A DNA stretch of 64,000 nt from an uncultured Gammaproteobacteria bacterium (GTDB taxonomy: Bacteria > Patescibacteriota > Microgenomatia > UBA8517): assembly GCA_964506225.1 (NCBI GenBank), contig CAZDKH010000010.1, positions 23,019 to 87,018 on the forward strand, read 5' to 3'. Within the stretch, counting starts at the first letter, position 1, and the number at the start of each line of letters is the position of its first letter. A program made the position numbers and the translations under genes. The notes beneath the pieces were generated by a model. It worked only from the letters and a program-made list of their open reading frames with translations. It did not search any database and was not told the origin of the DNA. Below are positions 61,896 to 64,000 of the stretch, one piece after another.

Positions 61896-62849
61896 ATGAA
61901 AGTTTCGGTTGTGGTAGCTGTTTACAATGAAGAGGAATCGATAAAATTACTCTTGGAGTCGCTCCTTCGCCAAAGTAGAAAACCTGATGAGATAGTGGTT
62001 GTGGATAACGGTTCTCAAGACAAGACAGTTGAAATTCTCAAATCTTTTTCCTGTAAATATCCAAAAATTCGCATCTTTGTTCACAAAGGGACTTTGGCTC
62101 AGGGTAGAAATCTTGCCGTGAGAAAAGCTAGTTATAAAATTATTGCCCAAATTGACGCCGGTTGTGTAGCGAAAAAAGATTGGCTGGAAAAAATAATTAC
62201 CCCCTTTACGCAAAAAACAACAGGTGTTGTAGCAGGTTACTACAAAATATTGGCCGACTCTTGTCTTCAAAAAGCAGCTGCCCCTTTCTTGGGTGTTTTA
62301 CCCAAAAGGTATGATATTCGGAGTTTTTTGCCTTGTGGTAGATCTATTGCCTTTAGAAAATCTGTTTGGGAAAAAATTGGTGGCTATTCGGAAAAATTGG
62401 ATAGGTATGGAGAAGACACTCTTTTTAATTACCAGGTGATACAAAAGGGGTTTAAGATGATTAGGGTTCCTGAAGCGCTTGTTTATTGGCAGGTGCCGGG
62501 AAATTTAAAAGACCTTGCGATAAAGTTTTTTAGATATGCCTATGGGGATTTTCAAACAGCTATTTGGTGGCACCCCCAACATAAGTTAGCCACCCACAAC
62601 ATTAAGGTTCTGGGAATATTTGTTAGATATTTTTTAGGCATTTTTCTTTTGATTTTAGCTTTTAGGAATCCACTTTATTTTTACTTATTAATAATTTGCT
62701 TTTTGGGTTACCTTTTTTGGTCTATCCTCAAACTTAGGGACTTGGTCACAGGAACACTTCCCCGATTGATTATACCTTTAATCCAGCTGACATCAGACCT
62801 TTGTATCATGGCAGGTTTTGCTTTTGGGCTGATAAAGCTTTTGGTCTAA
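61896..62849 (+). CDS. GT2 glycosyltransferase with C-terminal membrane helices
   Basis: 'VSVVVAVYNEEESIKLLLESL...IVVVDNGSQDKT', 'QIDAGC' and 'YGEDTLFNYQ'. The tail is hydrophobic. Confidence 0.8.
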   Translation: MKVSVVVAVYNEEESIKLLLESLLRQSRKPDEIVVVDNGSQDKTVEILKSFSCKYPKIRIFVHKGTLAQGRNLAVRKASYKIIAQIDAGCVAKKDWLEKIITPFTQKTTGVVAGYYKILADSCLQKAAAPFLGVLPKRYDIRSFLPCGRSIAFRKSVWEKIGGYSEKLDRYGEDTLFNYQVIQKGFKMIRVPEALVYWQVPGNLKDLAIKFFRYAYGDFQTAIWWHPQHKLATHNIKVLGIFVRYFLGIFLLILAFRNPLYFYLLIICFLGYLFWSILKLRDLVTGTLPRLIIPLIQLTSDLCIMAGFAFGLIKLLV

Positions 62850-62854
62850 GTCAA

Positions 62855-64000
62855 ATGAACTACTTTTCATCTACTGTTCGTGGTATTTCTTGGATGGGAC
62901 TTCTCAAAATCTTTATGCGCGGGATTGGTTTTATTAGACTCGCAATACTTGCCAGAATTCTAACTGCCAAAGAATTTGGGATTTTTGGTATAGCCGGGAT
63001 GGTTCTTTTGTTTTTGGAGAAAATTACCGAAACGGGAATTAATGTTTTTTTGATTCAGGAAAAAAAAGATATGGAAAATTATTTGGACACGGCGTTTTTT
63101 GTTTCTGTCGTTAGAGGACTTGCCTTAACCCTTTTGATTCTTATATTGACTCCTTTTATTGCACTTTTTTTTAATACCCCCGAGGCAATACCCTCACTTC
63201 TACTAATAAGTTTAGTACCTCTTATTCGAGGATTTATTAATCCCGTTATCGTGAAATTTAAAAAAAGGTTGGAATTTGGCAAAGATTTTGCTCTCCGTTC
63301 TACACTTTTTTTTATTGACGCTTTGGTTGCCATATTGGCTACATTGATATTGCGTTCGGCAGTTGGTTTGGTTTTGGGAATTCTAGTTTCTGCCTTGGCA
63401 GAGGTTATTATTTCTCAAATTTTAGTTCTTCCTCGACCGCGATTAAGATTTGAAAAAGTAAAATTTAAAAAGGTAATTGCCCGTGGAAAGTGGGTAACTG
63501 CGGCTGAATTTTTGGAGTTTTTATCAACCAATATTGATGATGTTGTTGTTGGCAGGATTTTGGGATCAACGTTTTTGGGTTATTACCAGATGGCCTATAA
63601 GGTTTCCGAACTTCCGCTAACCGAAATATCCCAAGTTGCTGGTCAGGTTACTTTTCCTGTGTACTCCAAAATTTCAAAAGACAAAAGACTGCTTAAAAAA
63701 ACATTTTATAGGACTAGTTTTGGCGTTGTCACTTTGTCCTCTTTTTTGGGTTTGGTGATTTTTTTCTTTGCTCCAATTATTGTGGAAATACTTCTGGGAA
63801 ATTCTTGGAGTGTTACAGTCCCTATCATTAGACTGTTGTCTATTTTTGGAATTGTAAAGGCAGCCTCATACCCATCTTTCTCTTTGTTTCTGGCTGTTAA
63901 AAGACAAGATTTTGTTATGAAAGTCGTACTTGTGACTTTTATTACCCTTGCGATTTTAATTTTGCCTTTTGTTGCTTTTTATGGTCTTGCCGGTGCTGCT
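62855..64000 (+). CDS. Wzx-like polysaccharide flippase (MOP superfamily), 3'-truncated by window edge
   Basis: This ORF is absent from the ORF track because no stop is reached. My own translation from ATG 62855 gives MNYFSSTVRGISWMGLLKIFMRGIGFIRLAILARILTAKEFGIFGIAG... The frame is polytopic and stays open through nt 64000. Confidence 0.75.
   Translation, partial: MNYFSSTVRGISWMGLLKIFMRGIGFIRLAILARILTAKEFGIFGIAGMVLLFLEKITETGINVFLIQEKKDMENYLDTAFFVSVVRGLALTLLILILTPFIALFFNTPEAIPSLLLISLVPLIRGFINPVIVKFKKRLEFGKDFALRSTLFFIDALVAILATLILRSAVGLVLGILVSALAEVIISQILVLPRPRLRFEKVKFKKVIARGKWVTAAEFLEFLSTNIDDVVVGRILGSTFLGYYQMAYKVSELPLTEISQVAGQVTFPVYSKISKDKRLLKKTFYRTSFGVVTLSSFLGLVIFFFAPIIVEILLGNSWSVTVPIIRLLSIFGIVKAASYPSFSLFLAVKRQDFVMKVVLVTFITLAILILPFVAFYGLAGAA

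Noticed and set aside
1-64000. Alternative genetic code (UGA read as Gly, as in some CPR lineages).
   Set aside because: TGA terminates many conserved proteins at their expected lengths, often in ATGA overlaps. Examples are the stops at 845, 1714, 10448, 40504, 44406 and 56535. No conserved gene needs read-through of TGA.
1-64000. CRISPR arrays, IS elements/transposases, integrases and rRNA genes.
   Set aside because: I saw no regularly spaced repeat array, no transposase- or integrase-like ORF and no rRNA-like sequence. The only trace of a mobile element is the decayed AbiEii-like cassette.

Overview
The window is AT-rich and very gene-dense, with almost every gene on the + strand. Many start/stop junctions overlap as ATGA or GTGA. 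TGA is used as a genuine stop, so the standard bacterial code applies. No rRNA genes, CRISPR arrays, transposases or integrases were seen. All family calls come from reading motifs in the supplied translations; no database search was run. The gene content and the style of the proteins fit a small-genome, peptidoglycan-containing bacterium, plausibly Candidate Phyla Radiation/Patescibacteria, but that placement is inference only.

Layout:
- 1-30280: a roughly 30-kb, single-strand surface-glycan assembly supercluster. It holds GT2 and GT4 glycosyltransferases and an FkbM methyltransferase. It also holds several GT-C-type polytopic transferases, two of them giant (1170 aa and 916 aa), plus a Wzx-type flippase and a Wzy/O-antigen-ligase-like protein. 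A hexapeptide acetyltransferase, ManC, a small phosphoglycosyl transferase and a DUF4012-like protein complete it.
- 30280-34111: recO and glyQS, small hypothetical genes, and a decayed AbiEii-like cassette. The cassette appears to have been inserted into the 3' end of a gene, leaving a duplicated gene tail.
- 34133-35742: the only minus-strand gene in the central part of the window. It encodes an AsnRS/AsnA-like class II aaRS catalytic core fused to an MGS-like domain. Its leader ends in a textbook intrinsic terminator 2 nt before the ATG.
- 35776-53577: a complete dcw cluster in the order mraZ-rsmH-ftsL-ftsI-murA-murC-murB-murE-murD-murF-mraY-ftsW-murG-ftsQ-ftsA-ftsZ. A 10-bp-phased GTGGTG repeat array, a candidate MraZ operator, sits in its promoter.
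- 53596-59117: ileS, rodA, rplU, rpmA and parB.
- 59120-61278 (minus strand): lepB and a divergent IMPDH-family gene.
- 61221-64000: rdgB, tRNA-Val(CAC), and the start of a second glycan cluster (GT2 plus a Wzx-like gene that runs off the window).

The most interesting items are the aaRS-like/MGS fusion with its terminator-bearing leader, the cassette with the duplicated gene tail, the twin giant GT-C genes, and a recurring pattern of -10 boxes placed 6-12 nt from start codons.
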